Below, in pieces: positions 11,601 to 23,870 of a stretch of 64,000 bases of DNA. Under the pieces are notes generated by a model. The model was given only the letters and a program-made list of their open reading frames with translations, was not told the origin of the DNA and did not search any database. The position numbers and the translations under genes are program-made. The stretch is taken from the NCBI GenBank assembly GCA_000934665.2, contig KZ538903.1, forward strand, positions 1 through 64,000. Reading direction: 5' to 3'. This DNA is from Catajapyx aquilonaris. Its lineage: Eukaryota. The stretch's first letter is position 1. Each line of letters starts with the position of its first letter.

Positions 11601-14600
11601 GGTTACCATTTTCGACGGAGTTAAACAAGTGCCCTGGAATTAGAGGTATTATGACGCAGTAATGTCATGTGTACTTTAGGTAGCTGTTTCGTGATATTCC
11701 TTAAAACGTAACCATGGAAGATGTAAACTGAAAAACTCATAAAGGTTATTGCTCCTTAATTCGTTTTTTAAAAATACTGTAGAAATAATAACGATTAAAA
11801 TACATCCAAACCTGATTGATATTTCCGCCTACATGGAGAGCAGTGGCTGCCATTTCATTAGATAAATGGTGTAACACCTGTATTGAAACACTTCTTTTTA
11901 ATTGGGAGCGTTGAGCTACACAATACATGCAGCGCTTTAAACAGATGAAGGCCATTAGTAAACATGAGTTTTCCTTGCTTGAGCGCCAATACTCTTGCAC
12001 CCCCTTTGCACAACTCATTAAATGTCATGCCATTCAAACTAGTAGCATGTAGTATGCCTAATATTGAACATCCAATAAATTGGAGCAAGCTTATTGTCAT
12101 TTCACCTGACATGAACTGCATGAACCTTATTATGGCCACAACTCTGTCCCTTCCGCACGGAACCACATTTCCCGAGTGTGCCAGATCTGCCCGAAACGAT
12201 GTTCCGTACAGCTGAATATGGAAATTCGAGTCGGGTTGAGCGAAGAAGAGTCCCGGAAAAGGTATGCGGGGGAGTGGGTGAGGAGGAGGAAACTTGTGTT
12301 TGGGAATGGAGCTTTCGGATTTGGTAGGCAAGCGTGTGTGGGTTCCCGGGATGGTTTGTACCCTAGGGCTGGCTAACTCCAGGGCAGCCAGTTCTCCCAC
12401 TCAGCAGCTCGGCTTCAAGAACCTTTTGCCAGATGTCTGCTCTCAGGAAAACCTATTCCCTCCAAACCTCCCCTCCACCTACTACCCTCTCTCCCTGCGA
12501 CACATTTATAAAGCCACGAACATAATCATACTTCTTGCCATGATATTAGATATGTATGTCATGCTATATCTTATACGGGCCACACCCTAGCACCCAAAAT
12601 TCACATTGAAGGGGGAACCTCTCTCGAGAAATCTCGCATCAAATTTTACTGATGCTATTACAGGACTACAGCCTTGCTTTCTTAATACAGATGATCAGTT
12701 ATGGAGTGCAAGACAATTTTCTTGAAAATTACATTGGTGGTTTTAGCATGTTACCAGAAACGAATAGAGATGTCTTTTTTGTCCCAGTCTCTGATTTTAG
12801 GCCTAATAGAACCATCTCCATTAAATTTTAAAGAGACGGTATCAACTAGAGGCTAATTCTCTCTCGAAGAGCTGTCCCTTTTGTAATGCTTACTTCCCCT
12901 AAATCAATTAGAAGCTCACTAATGAACTTATTTATTTTAAGAGTCGAGAATTTAATCCTATTATATTCGTTTATGCATATTAGAAACTTAAACGGCTTGA
13001 AAAAATAGGATCGACTCTTTTCAGGCACGACCTTTATTCTAACTAATTGGGCTTTGCTATACAAAACTGAGTAATGGGTCTTCAACAAACATGTTATTCC
13101 AAACTTGGACGATGCTGATGATGGGGGTGGGTAGAAACACAAGATGGAACGTGGCAAAACTGAAATAACTGGTAGTTTCTTGAGCTGTCCTCCCCTCCGT
13201 GGCAGCTGCATTTCGCCGATCAATTTTCCGCATTATGCCCCCGTCTGGAACATTAATCCTAAAACGCTGCCGTATGACCACTGATGGAACCATCTCGCCA
13301 CGCCTAATTGATATACGAAGCCCAAACTTAGGCACACTTCGAGGGATTTTCGAAACTCCCGCGTCGTAATAGGGGCGTTGATCGGTCAATTAAACTTGGA
13401 AATTGTCCCCATTTCTTCTTTTTTTTCTTCTTCTTCTCTTATAAAGAGTGGCCCCCCCAAAGAAGGAACCTTTTTCCTAGGAAGAAAAGTTACTTATTTA
13501 AGCAGAGCCGTTTTTTCCCCCGTAGTTCCTGAAGAAAGTATCGATCGGATGAAGATGACATTTATGATGCAAGCCAGGTAGGCACAGTTCCGGACGAGAA
13601 TGCTCAGGCATGTTACTCTCTCTACCTTCAGATAGCAATATTTGCGTGAGCGGAAAATGAAAGATGAGGCTCTGCTAGCAGACTGCCAGATTTGCCACTT
13701 GTCTCCTCCAGGAGGTCAAAGATTTACAAAGGAAAAAAATGCTTCTCAAGTCTTCCGTTTGAGCAGGATTTTTTTTGCAATATAAGCGTATAAGGTAATT
13801 TGTTTCCGAGATTCACGACAAGCTTGAATGCATCATAACTGATGAATCTATAGTCTCAGGGCCTTTATTGCCGTAAACTTTCCGCTTGAACCTTGTCATT
13901 GCCAAGAGAGTGTTTTCCACCAGAAAACATCTAATGACCATAATATCCGCTGATTGAAATTACAGTACCTTAGCCATTGAAATATCTGCAGGGCTCTCAA
14001 AATTTGCGTTTGCCTTCGTTAAGAGGCATTGTTATTCAAGATCACCTGATTCTAGTCAACTCTCTCCAACTTTCACATTCCATTTTAATTACATTTTCTT
14101 ATTCATCTGAGAATGATTAGTTCTGAAATATTGAAGGGTTGACGTTAGAACTATGTCATCGCTTCGTGATGGTAAAGGATGACTATCATTTCCTTCCTTC
14201 GTTGTAAGCTGCTTCTGTTTCATCTACAATAATTCTAAATGCTGGGGTAGTTTTAATTTTGCTGTTTCAAACTAAATTTTAATAGCTCGAAAAATTGAAT
14301 TAAGAATAACAAATGGTTGGATATATAATTATGAACTAAATGCTTCCCACCAGCCAGTATTTCGTCTGGAATTACGGACTTTACCAGATAGAGCTATCCA
14401 ACTAATTTGTTACTAGGTCCAGTATCTACATGTTCCCTTTCAACGAAGATCCAGAGCCTCCACCACCACCCCTCCACACACGTTTTACCCTAACCTAACC
14501 TAAAAATTATGGATGCGATATGAAATATCAAAATAGTTATAGGAATAATCTCGCAGCGCAGGCCATAACCTCGCAAGGCAAGCAGGGCAGTGACATTTTT

Positions 14601-15395
14601 GTGTGCAACTTGTAAAGTTTCGAACCTATCTCCTACTGAAGATGTATCTCCCTTGATATCAAAGAAGATAGGCTCTACCCATGTCATACTGTATACCACA
14701 CTGTGGAATGGATGTCATATTCCAACATCTCAAGGGCACATCACACCGGACTTAGGTCTTCCAACGGACAAGAGAATAAAACTGCTCATCTTACAGTACT
14801 ATACAACCTTAGTAAATACTCGCTTTTCCGATGCTATGCCAGGGACAATAGCTGTGGAAGAGTATAATTTATACGGTTCAAGCTGGTTTGTGTCTTGTGT
14901 AGGGCGTTCCAAATGAAATGTTCTTAGTGGTTAGCAATCTTCGGCACTCAGCAGCATACTTTTAAGCAGTTACTTTTGCAGAGTTACGTGCAGTAATTAT
15001 TAAGAGTATTAGATGTTAATTTATGATGAATTGAATCATATTTCCAAGCTCGGAATCACAAATTATTTCCTGTTACGAATAGCCCAGTGGAACAATTGAC
15101 ATCAAACCATAAAAAGGATGTGCCACACAACCTAATATCAAGCACTAATAGTTTTCCTAATTCTGAAAAAAACATTAGCTTAAAAATAAGTAGATCAATG
15201 CCGAAAAATTACTACCCACTAAGAAAATGTCAATATGAGCATCTTGTACTGCATATTGTTGATATCCTAAAGTAGATGCACTACCCTTATAATACCGGAA
15301 AGATCGAAAGCTTAGATACGATCGATGCAGGATCAAATATTCAGATCTTTCTTTACCCGTTGACTCCGCATCAAATTTTGCTTCTCCGTATAGAG

Positions 15396-15929
15396 GAGCG
15401 GTTCTTAACCTGGGGGTGCTCGCACTCCCAGGGGGTGCGAGGTGGCTCCTCTGAGGTTGCGAGCAGGGGTGCCAGATATACCATAATGGTACACAAAAAT
15501 ACCGTATTTCGTCGTCCAATATTACTCTGTAATTCCACTTCCATGAAAAAAGTGCTACCAATTTCATCAAATATACACCCCGACACACCAATTTCAAATC
15601 TCCCAGTCAGTTACATTCACCACAAATGTGTGACCTTGAACTCGAAAAAAAATTCCCTTGCGGCGGGCTTGCTCCCAGCCCTTTACAACATGTTCCACTA
15701 TTTCATTGAAGGGTTTTTATTCCAAATTTAATTTAACGGTACTTGTCATTAAATCCGCCCGCTTTTTCGAAAAGTACCAAATTTTTTCGGAAAAGTTCCA
15801 TAACTTCGATTCCGCGATCTGCGAGCAAGGTGCACGTCTAACAATGAACTTAATCAATCACCCCTGGTATAGGAGGTGCGACAAGGACCAACTATCTTCA
15901 AAGGGGTGCGGAGGCCCGAAAAGGTTAAG
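15396..15929. mobile_element. Decayed hAT (Charlie-like) non-autonomous element
   Basis: The left end GAGCGGTTCTTAACCTGGGGGTGC resembles CAG(C/G)GGTTC.(C/T)AACC hAT TIRs and follows gtatagag. The right end GGGGTGCG...AAAAGGTTAAG is a truncated inverted counterpart. No second TSD copy was found. Confidence 0.55.
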
Positions 15930-18900
15930 TGGTTTAAGGTTAGAGTATGCCGACTTCCTTTCGCATCATGGGTATTTTTGTTACTTTCAGGCGTCCATCA
16001 TCATTCTGGTTATGCAGAAGTCAGTTGAGCCTCTCTTACTCGAAGCCAGACTGTAGTAGCTATATATAATGTGACATGTATGTACCTACTTGACTACTCA
16101 CTTGGACATGTTTTTGTACATTAGTATCATTTTTTTGTTAGACTAGTTTACGTACTTGGGAACCGGTTGCTTTCGGCTCGAAAAAAAAGCTTGGAAGTGC
16201 TTCCTCCATCAACACGTTCCTTTTTTAGTCTCCGTTACGTTCACTTACGGAACTGGCATTCCTCTTCTTGCGAAGGGAAGGATGTGTGGTCCTAAGATTG
16301 GTTGGACCCTTTCCTCAAGTTTTTCCTACTCCTCGTTTAAGTGGATATTGGGTTGGAGACTGGGATTGTGGTTGATAAGTATTCAGCACAAGACAGTGTA
16401 TTCTCTCCATTTGATAATGCGATGAATTTATACCGGAGTGATCAGTGTTATATTGTTGTGATATGATTGGGTTCAACTAAGCTTGATAAGTGTTGGATTT
16501 TTGCATTGAGCATAAATAGTGCATCTTTATTTTTCCTTATTGATATTTGTGAGAATTGATATTAATGCCCGTACTTACAGAGTGATGTACGAGTATTTTT
16601 GGTTGCTGACCTCCTTGGAGCCCATCCCTTTCTTCCGGAAATTCAACGGAAGACTTCTTCACTATGCAGAGTGAGAATTAATTGTTGGGACTCCTGTTTT
16701 GGTTATCCATTGGAATGTTTCTAAGTTCATCTGATTTCGAATTATTGTTTCACGGCCTTATTTTTTCACACCATATTGTAAATAAACATATATTTTGCTA
16801 ACTTCTTGTCTTTAACTGCCTACCTGCTAAATTCTCCTTGTTCTTTGCCTTATCATGTGGCAGATAAACTTCACAGATTTATTATTCTACAATAGGACAT
16901 TATTGCTAGCAATATTAAAGATAAGGAACCAGTCAAGAAATAATACAGTTGGCCAATCCCACTACATAAAGTCAGCAAAAAAATGCAAAATGAGGACGTA
17001 ACATACAGCAGTAACATAATTATATACTCGGGTCTTTATTTATGTCTATCTTTTTTGAGTGTACAATGATGTGTATACTTCAAACAAGCTCACAAGGCAC
17101 CGCTTTATAATAATGCCATCCCGTAAACTAATATTCAAATGTGACAAATTAGGGCGCGTAGTTGTCATGTTGTCATACCTCAAAAGTTTGTATAATTATA
17201 TACATAGAAGACAAACCCAACTTGTCTTCGCGAAGACTTTATCACTATATATTCAGTATGGTAGTGTTTAGGTTGGGATAGGAGGTGAATAGGGACTGCC
17301 TTATGAGCTTGGTTGACGTTGAAGCTCAAATATTTTGTTACTACGATGTTGCACAAATGGAGTTAGGGCATACAGCTCGCTCAATCCCCACATTTCACTT
17401 CCTCTCCACTCCCGTAAACGCGGTATTCATGTTGTGTCACATAACTACACTTCAGTTGCCTACTAATCTTCTTATGGAAAGTGCTCTGTGGGCTATTAGA
17501 GTGCTACACAACCTTGCATGTCTACAGGCTATATGAATGTCACTCGTATTTACGTAGCATGGTACCTGCAGCCTCAAGACAAAATGTTCCACACAATCCC
17601 TTAAAATAAGGACACTTCTTTTGATCTCATTCCCACTATACAATTTCCAAGCCCACTAGTCCATAATTCCATGATATCTGAAAAAATGACCATAGTGTCC
17701 ATGACTACCCTCCCCGACCCTCCCAATCTAGCTTCCCTTTAGCAAAAGGCGATTATGATCAGAGAGCATCTGTCGTCACAAGCAGTATACATTATCTGGA
17801 GCGACCATTTGCCACACTACATACAGACGTGCGATTGGCTGAAGAAAGACCTTCACAATACGACCTGTTATTTGCGCCCAGGGGTTGAAAATTTCGATGG
17901 CAAGAAGTACATTACAGCAGGATGAAAAGGCGGTGGGGGTGATGACAGCACATTCCTCAGGCAGAGCCGACAAAAAGCTTTTTGGGGCCCATTGTGCGAC
18001 TGTGGCTTGGCTTGCAGGGATCAAGCCAGACACTGGGGGAGGAAGCAAAACCCCCCCACCCCAAGCAGACTGCCAACTCCAATTTGACAGCTAAATTTAT
18101 ACATCAAGCTCAGCTTCCCAAGTCCTTTTTAAATGGCCCGCTCAATTGTTAGATCTCTCTCGCAGCGCTGCACCTCATTATTCTACACCCACCTCTTCCT
18201 TCCATTCCACCCACCTACCTTCGTTATGTGCATCTTAGGCCCTTCCCAAATTCACCTGATGCCCCCAGGGAATTATTATTAGGCTCACTTTTAGGTCAAC
18301 ATCAAAGTTGTCTTTTTCTAATGAAATATGATTCCTTGTGCAAGTCCTGTTGGAAACAAGTTTTGGAAAAGAAATAATGTTTTTTTTTTTCCATTTATGG
18401 TCTGAGACATCATGTGGTCCAGTAAGGTACTCGACTGTGACTTGTAAGTCATATTGCCTTTGCTGCACCTGTATAATGAGCGTATGATTGTAATGAATAT
18501 GCCTGAGCGTCAGCTTCTACAACCTAGTCTGTACTGTACACACAATATTATAATTATACATGATACAAAGTGCATGTCTGAAGCAAGTTCTTGCGTCAGT
18601 CCTGACCCGCTTCATTATCTTAATGCCACCCACCACCTCTACCCAAACGTGTTTACTGAAGGCAATAAGAGGCTCGCCAAGACGGAGAGTTGTCGTGTAG
18701 TTCATATGATAATTTCTGAAGTATCAGGTATCTGATTGTGTCACATGCAAGACGTGACAATATTATTCCGGGCCTTAGAGATGGCCTAATTGCCTAGTTA
18801 TCGCGTTTGGGCTGGGGTATGGGGTAGGATTAAGGTAATACGGTGAGTCAGTGCTACCAGAAGACGTCGCGTCGGTTCAAGAGTATCCATGTGTGCACTG

Positions 18901-20608
18901 TACGCAGTGAGGAAGTGTACACCCGCATGTCAGTCCACCTAATCCTACATCTAAATCCTACCTAATCCTGAATGCGAAATACCATTTCAGAGTCAAGCAC
19001 CGAGTAGTTTAACACCTAACAAACCTATCGAACTATTGATTCCGATAGCATAGCTTCTGCCTTAATAACAGGCGTATATACCTTCGTAAATTATCTATAC
19101 TCTTCTCAAATATTTTGTCGCATATTTACGTACTGTACACGTTGCTCAGCATCTCAATACTATTTCGTGAAAGTACACTTACCTCTGAACTGATAAAGAT
19201 AAGTATAGCATATTGGAAAGCATCGTGAATGCATACATTTTCCTCTTCCTGTGCGGCAGGGGTAAACTGTTGCAGTTTGGTGTAAGGTGTGGCAGGTCAG
19301 GTTAGGAGGTGAGGACTCTGAATATACTCAACACACACCTGGGGAATATTTGTGGCCCGTATCCGTGGGTATTGCGGAGTGGTGAAAGGAAGAGAGGAGG
19401 TTGCTCCCTTGGGCTTTTCCGGGGCCGACACTGCAATTCAGCGGAACGTCTCTTTACCGTCTCCGGTCCTCTGAGGTGAATAATATCTGGAATACTTAAT
19501 CTCCGGGTCTTCGCCAGCTTCCCGATTTTGTAACCTGGGAAGGTACTTTCTGGGGAAAATTCCGGCCCCCTCCAAGAGAGAAGAGAGATATTCCCAAAGT
19601 CATACTGTCTTCTAGCCAGGCCATTATGAGGGTGGCGGGGGTGAAATGGGGGGACAAGGTAGGTGGGGGTAGACTCTGAGAACGCGTTCCCAGCAGCCGC
19701 CGCGGTTATTTCGGCCGGAACAATGCGCATCAGATTACCGCAGGCCAAAATGCATTCTCTTCTGGAGCATCCCAGGGTTGATATGGTACGAGATAAATCA
19801 TAAACATGGCCGCCATACAATCCCCGTGCATGTTACCCGATGAGGCAGACGTATATACCCACCATTTTTAGGAAGAGGCACAGGGTCATGGAAATGAATA
19901 CAGGGTGTAGGTTGAAGGGTGGTCATTTAACCACCAGTTGAACCGCATGGGTTCTCTGGATTAAGAAGGGATGAGCTGCTAGGAAGACGATTGAATGTAA
20001 GCGCAATGTTGTCTTTTCCCATAGAAAATCCAGCTTTCCGCTCAGCCACCAGTGGCTTGAATTCCCACGATCCGTGTGGGTCCCCTCTAGACCAGCCCGA
20101 CCTTAGTTCAACAGCTCACTTTATAGACACCATGGGTATTACAATGCTGTGGCCAAGTGAACACCCGACTAAGGAAGACTGCAATAATTTTATGAGCGTT
20201 AGGCAGACCAGACAACTGAACCACAGCATTTCAAGCTGGATGTTGCTTGTGGGTCGGTAAAGAGGAATTTGCTGTAATGTTCGCTATCAAATGGTAAAGT
20301 TGCGGCATTATGTCAAATCCCTCTGTAACACTTTGTCGTACACTTGGGTTTCATTCCGCACTTGGCTAACCCTTCAAGTGCCTGTAATAAAAATCCGCAT
20401 CAGAATATCGGCTATGCTGGAAGAATATTCGGTTTTACCCTCTCAAGTGTGCACTTGGTATACTAAAGCAATTTTTCATGTAGACTAATTACACTGAGTC
20501 ACTGACTCTTCTGAAAGTAGAGGCTTGCTGATTTTCTGATTGAGATATTAATCTTCACACACTTATAACTTTTATAACTAAATGAGTCTTACATAGTCCC
20601 AGAAGCAA

Positions 20609-20843
20609 CCGAAGCAGGTTGGCATGGTGGATAAGGCGTCCGACTGCTAATCGGGAGGTCCTGGGTTCGAATCCCAGGGCCGACGATCCAGACCGTGGTT
20701 TTCTGTGGTTTCCCACGGTCTTTCTAGGATAATTCCGGGGTCGCTTCCGTATAATAGGCCACAGCCGCTTCCTTCCTTCCCTATCCTTGGAGGTTGAAGA
20801 GGCAATGCCTGGCCAACCTCCCTAATATCAATTATACTTGTAA
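20609..20843 (+). mobile_element. tRNA-derived SINE (head type B, short tail)
   Basis: A-box TGGCATGGTGG, anticodon-like arm ccga-ctgctaa-tcgg, B-box GGTTCGAATCC. Body GGTTTTCTGTGGTTTCCC...TTCCGGGG...AGGCCACAGCCGCTTCCTTCC. 3' stem GGAGGTTG/CAACCTCC. Exact 14-bp TSD agtcccagaagcaa (20595-20608 and 20844-20857). Confidence 0.92.
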
Positions 20844-23026
20844 AGTCCCAGAAGCAAGTAATTTTTTGCATTATAACCCTTGCAATGTAACATGAGCAGT
20901 ATAGGATTTTCAATTTCGAAGACCTCTCGGCATATCGACACATTAAGTTAAGTCCAATCGAGTACAATAATATATTACAATAAGAATGTAATGCATAGGC
21001 CTACATATAAATTTAAAATAAATGCGAGGCGACTTCCAAAAACTCAAACTCTGCTACAATGGTAGCAAATAAAGTCTGAAAAATTTCTAAAGTCTTTGTA
21101 CACACTATCAGAAATATTCTAAAATGCGTCTGTAAAAGACATCCGCATTGCTTTGATAGTCTTTGTCAAAAGAATGCTTGATAAATTTTACGCATACTAG
21201 GCTACTCTACATAAAGCTTGGAAGACAATACACTTCAATATTTTCATTAAATATTGAGGCAATTTGTTACAGTTTGCCCTTACACCAATTTTATTCGAAG
21301 GCGGCAAGAGGAACCTCGCCTTTAGATCAACTATGGAAAAGATGCAAACGTAACGTTGCCTTTCAATTCTTGCCTTTTTTTACTTGCTAAAATCCTCCTG
21401 TCGCTAAAATTCCTAGGTGATCCTAGGCAACGGCTGAAGCTTGTTCCTCAATGGAAAATTCAATGAAGTATGCCCTGCAAGGAAAAAAAGAATGACAGTG
21501 TCGCAAATTTGCAAAGGCTAAAGAGGACACAAGTAGGCAGATCAGTGCCACATGGGAGCATAGCTGCAATCATGAGAGCGGGAATGTCGACTCTTTGATA
21601 TCATTTTGCAAGTGTTTGTCAAGCATGAAAGAAGGGTTTCCTTACCCATATTACATATTTATAGGTCAGAAAGTCTCCTTTCAAGTTCCACGATGTATTA
21701 CGTACCGCCGAAATTTTGATTTTTCTTTTGCATAATATGCTCACTATTAGATGAAGCACATTGTGATGTTAAGTTTCAATACGAATGTATATGGAAAATA
21801 TTGCTCAAACCGGTATACAGTATTGAGGTTTTCTATATCTTTTGCACTGGAAGAACTGCTTTCACCCTGGGCGTTTATAGCCTACTTAAGAAATATTTTC
21901 TCGTCTTCTCATAGTCTATAAATCATGGTCATACTCACTATTAGTTCCCTGCTGGTTTGTATGACTGAAGAAACTATAACTTCCTAAAACTGAAAAAGTG
22001 TTACTGAATAAAGCATAATAGAGACCATTCGACGTCACTTCCTGTATTTACTTAAACTGCTTGCAACTATAATTATGTTGCGATAATGGGGATTGTTCAG
22101 TAAATATTGAACTAATCATTAAAACCAATTATTTCATCATAATGTACAAAATATATCTCCATGACTGATGTAAATACATATCTGCGAGATGAACCATATA
22201 TCAATGCTATACTTGCTTTGTGTAAAATTTGGCTGTCTCGAATCTACGGTAAACACTAACAATGTCAGCTTGTGTCAGCTACAATATATTATGGCCCAAA
22301 ATAGCAACAGCTAAATTTAACGTTTGGCCTGAAGTACATGATATGAACATTTTGAAATCCACCATAATCAGTCAACGTTACAGGGTTGCGCAATTTGCAT
22401 CTCCTCCCCTCTCAATCAGCATGCTAACACTCTGGCAAACTTATTAACGATGCTGCAATCACCCACTCAGGACATTTAATTTTGTTAGATGAGTGTGGAT
22501 TTGCTTCCACACAATAAGCGCGTCACCTAATAATTATAAATGCAAATAATATAAATACCACGAGTTGAGATCGATGCCAACGAACTGGCTCACCAACACC
22601 GCCGCAACCTACATTGCAGAGGGACCATATAAAAGTTCGGTTATCAGCGCTTTTCCCTTGATAACTAACAGGTTATTTGGGCTAAAAAGTCATCGGTATA
22701 GTGTTTGAATTTTATAAGGGCATATAATAATGCGTTGTTTTAGTATACATATGAGGTAGGTGCGTGACACTATGTGTTAATAAACAATTGGTAATAATTG
22801 AGCTTGCAATTGAGTTATGGTTAGGGTTATAGTGCTGAGCCCCTACTATAGGAACAGTATGTTACTATATTGTACATGCTACTCTGTGTGACAGTTATAA
22901 ATCATTTGGGATGTAAATGGGTGGTACGTGGCTTAATGGTTTAATCCACAACCATACCACATCTGAGGTTCCGAGGTTAGATCCTCTGGTCCAGCGGACG
23001 ACTGTTTCATAATGTAGATAATTTTA

Positions 23027-23684
23027 CCGAAGCAGGTTGGTGGAGTGGCTAATCGGGAGGTCCTGGGTTCGAGTCCCGGGGCCGGCAATCCTGACCGTGG
23101 TTTTCTGTGGTTTCCCACGGTCCTCCCAGGAAAATTCCGGGGTCGCTTCCGTAAATAATAGGCCACAGCCGCCCCCTTCCTTTCCTATCCTCGACCCATC
23201 CATANNNNNNNNACGCATGCGTTAGTAAACGTCATTCTCTCACGCATAAAGCAAAAATTTTCACGCATACAGTGGCCTTATGCGTGATCAACGTGCGTTT
23301 AAAAGCCACTTCACGTATAAAAATAAGCGTGATTCCATATTATCACGCATAAAGCGATTATAAGCGTGATTGTATGCGTCAAAAGTTTTAGAGTGTAGGG
23401 AGGTGCGGAGTCGGTGGGGAGTTTCTGACCCGCACCTAGGAGGTTGTCTTGCAACCTGACCCCCTGGGGGACTGCACACGACCCCCAACATAAAGACAAC
23501 GCACTTGCACCAGTGTCACCTCCTCACAAATCCCTATCCTGATGACCTTATCCCCGCACCGGAGAGAAAAATGCGAAAGAAAAAAACCGTAAGAAAAAAT
23601 GGTGGTATGCCACCCCCCTAAGGGAGCCTAAAGGCTCCAGCACGGGGTATCAAATAATAATATAAGAATAAGAATAAAAATGTA
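23027..23684 (+). mobile_element. tRNA-derived SINE (head type B, long tail) interrupted by a DNA element
   Basis: The first ~165 bp closely match the 20609 SINE, with a ~16-nt deletion in the tRNA-like head. It has an A-rich/AAT/AAGAAT tail and a 15-bp TSD, aatgtagataatttt (23011-23025) and aatgtaaataatttt (23685-23699). Confidence 0.88.
23205..23395. mobile_element. CACT-terminus (EnSpm/CACTA-like) non-autonomous element nested in the SINE; left end lost in an assembly gap
   Basis: The right end TTTTAGAGTG is the reverse complement of CACTCTAAAA and is followed by TA; TA also precedes the gap. The interior has many subterminal CACGCATA/TATGCGTG-type motifs in both orientations. Confidence 0.6.
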
Positions 23685-23771
23685 AATGTAAATAATTTTG
23701 TGCAATTATGTCCATATTAACGTGGTTTTTCGGCATCATCCATCTTAGGATCCATCAGCGACATTATAGTA

Positions 23772-23870
23772 CAGTTTAATCCGGATATAACATACTTCAA
23801 GGGCCGCGAAAATCGGTCTGAAATGACTGAGATCGGTTATAGCCGAGGTTGTTATATCCTGATTCAACTG
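23772..23870. mobile_element. 99-bp Tc1/pogo(Tigger)-like MITE
   Basis: TA|CAGTTTAATCCGGATATAACA ... TGTTATATCCTGATTCAACTG|TA: imperfect ~21-bp TIRs with a TA duplication. Confidence 0.85.

Noticed and set aside
14489..14503. Interstitial insect telomeric repeat (CCTAA)3
   Set aside because: Only three units; too short to distinguish from chance or from a fragment of another repeat.
20609..20685. tRNA-Ser(GCT)-like gene (also the heads at 872 and 23027)
   Set aside because: No proper acceptor stem or long variable arm. Each continues into a SINE body and is bounded by TSDs, so these are SINE heads.
23213..23390. CRISPR-like or iteron-like repeat array
   Set aside because: The repeats are only 8-13 bp, irregularly spaced and in both orientations, the context is eukaryotic, and there are no cas genes. 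They are better explained as transposon subterminal repeats.
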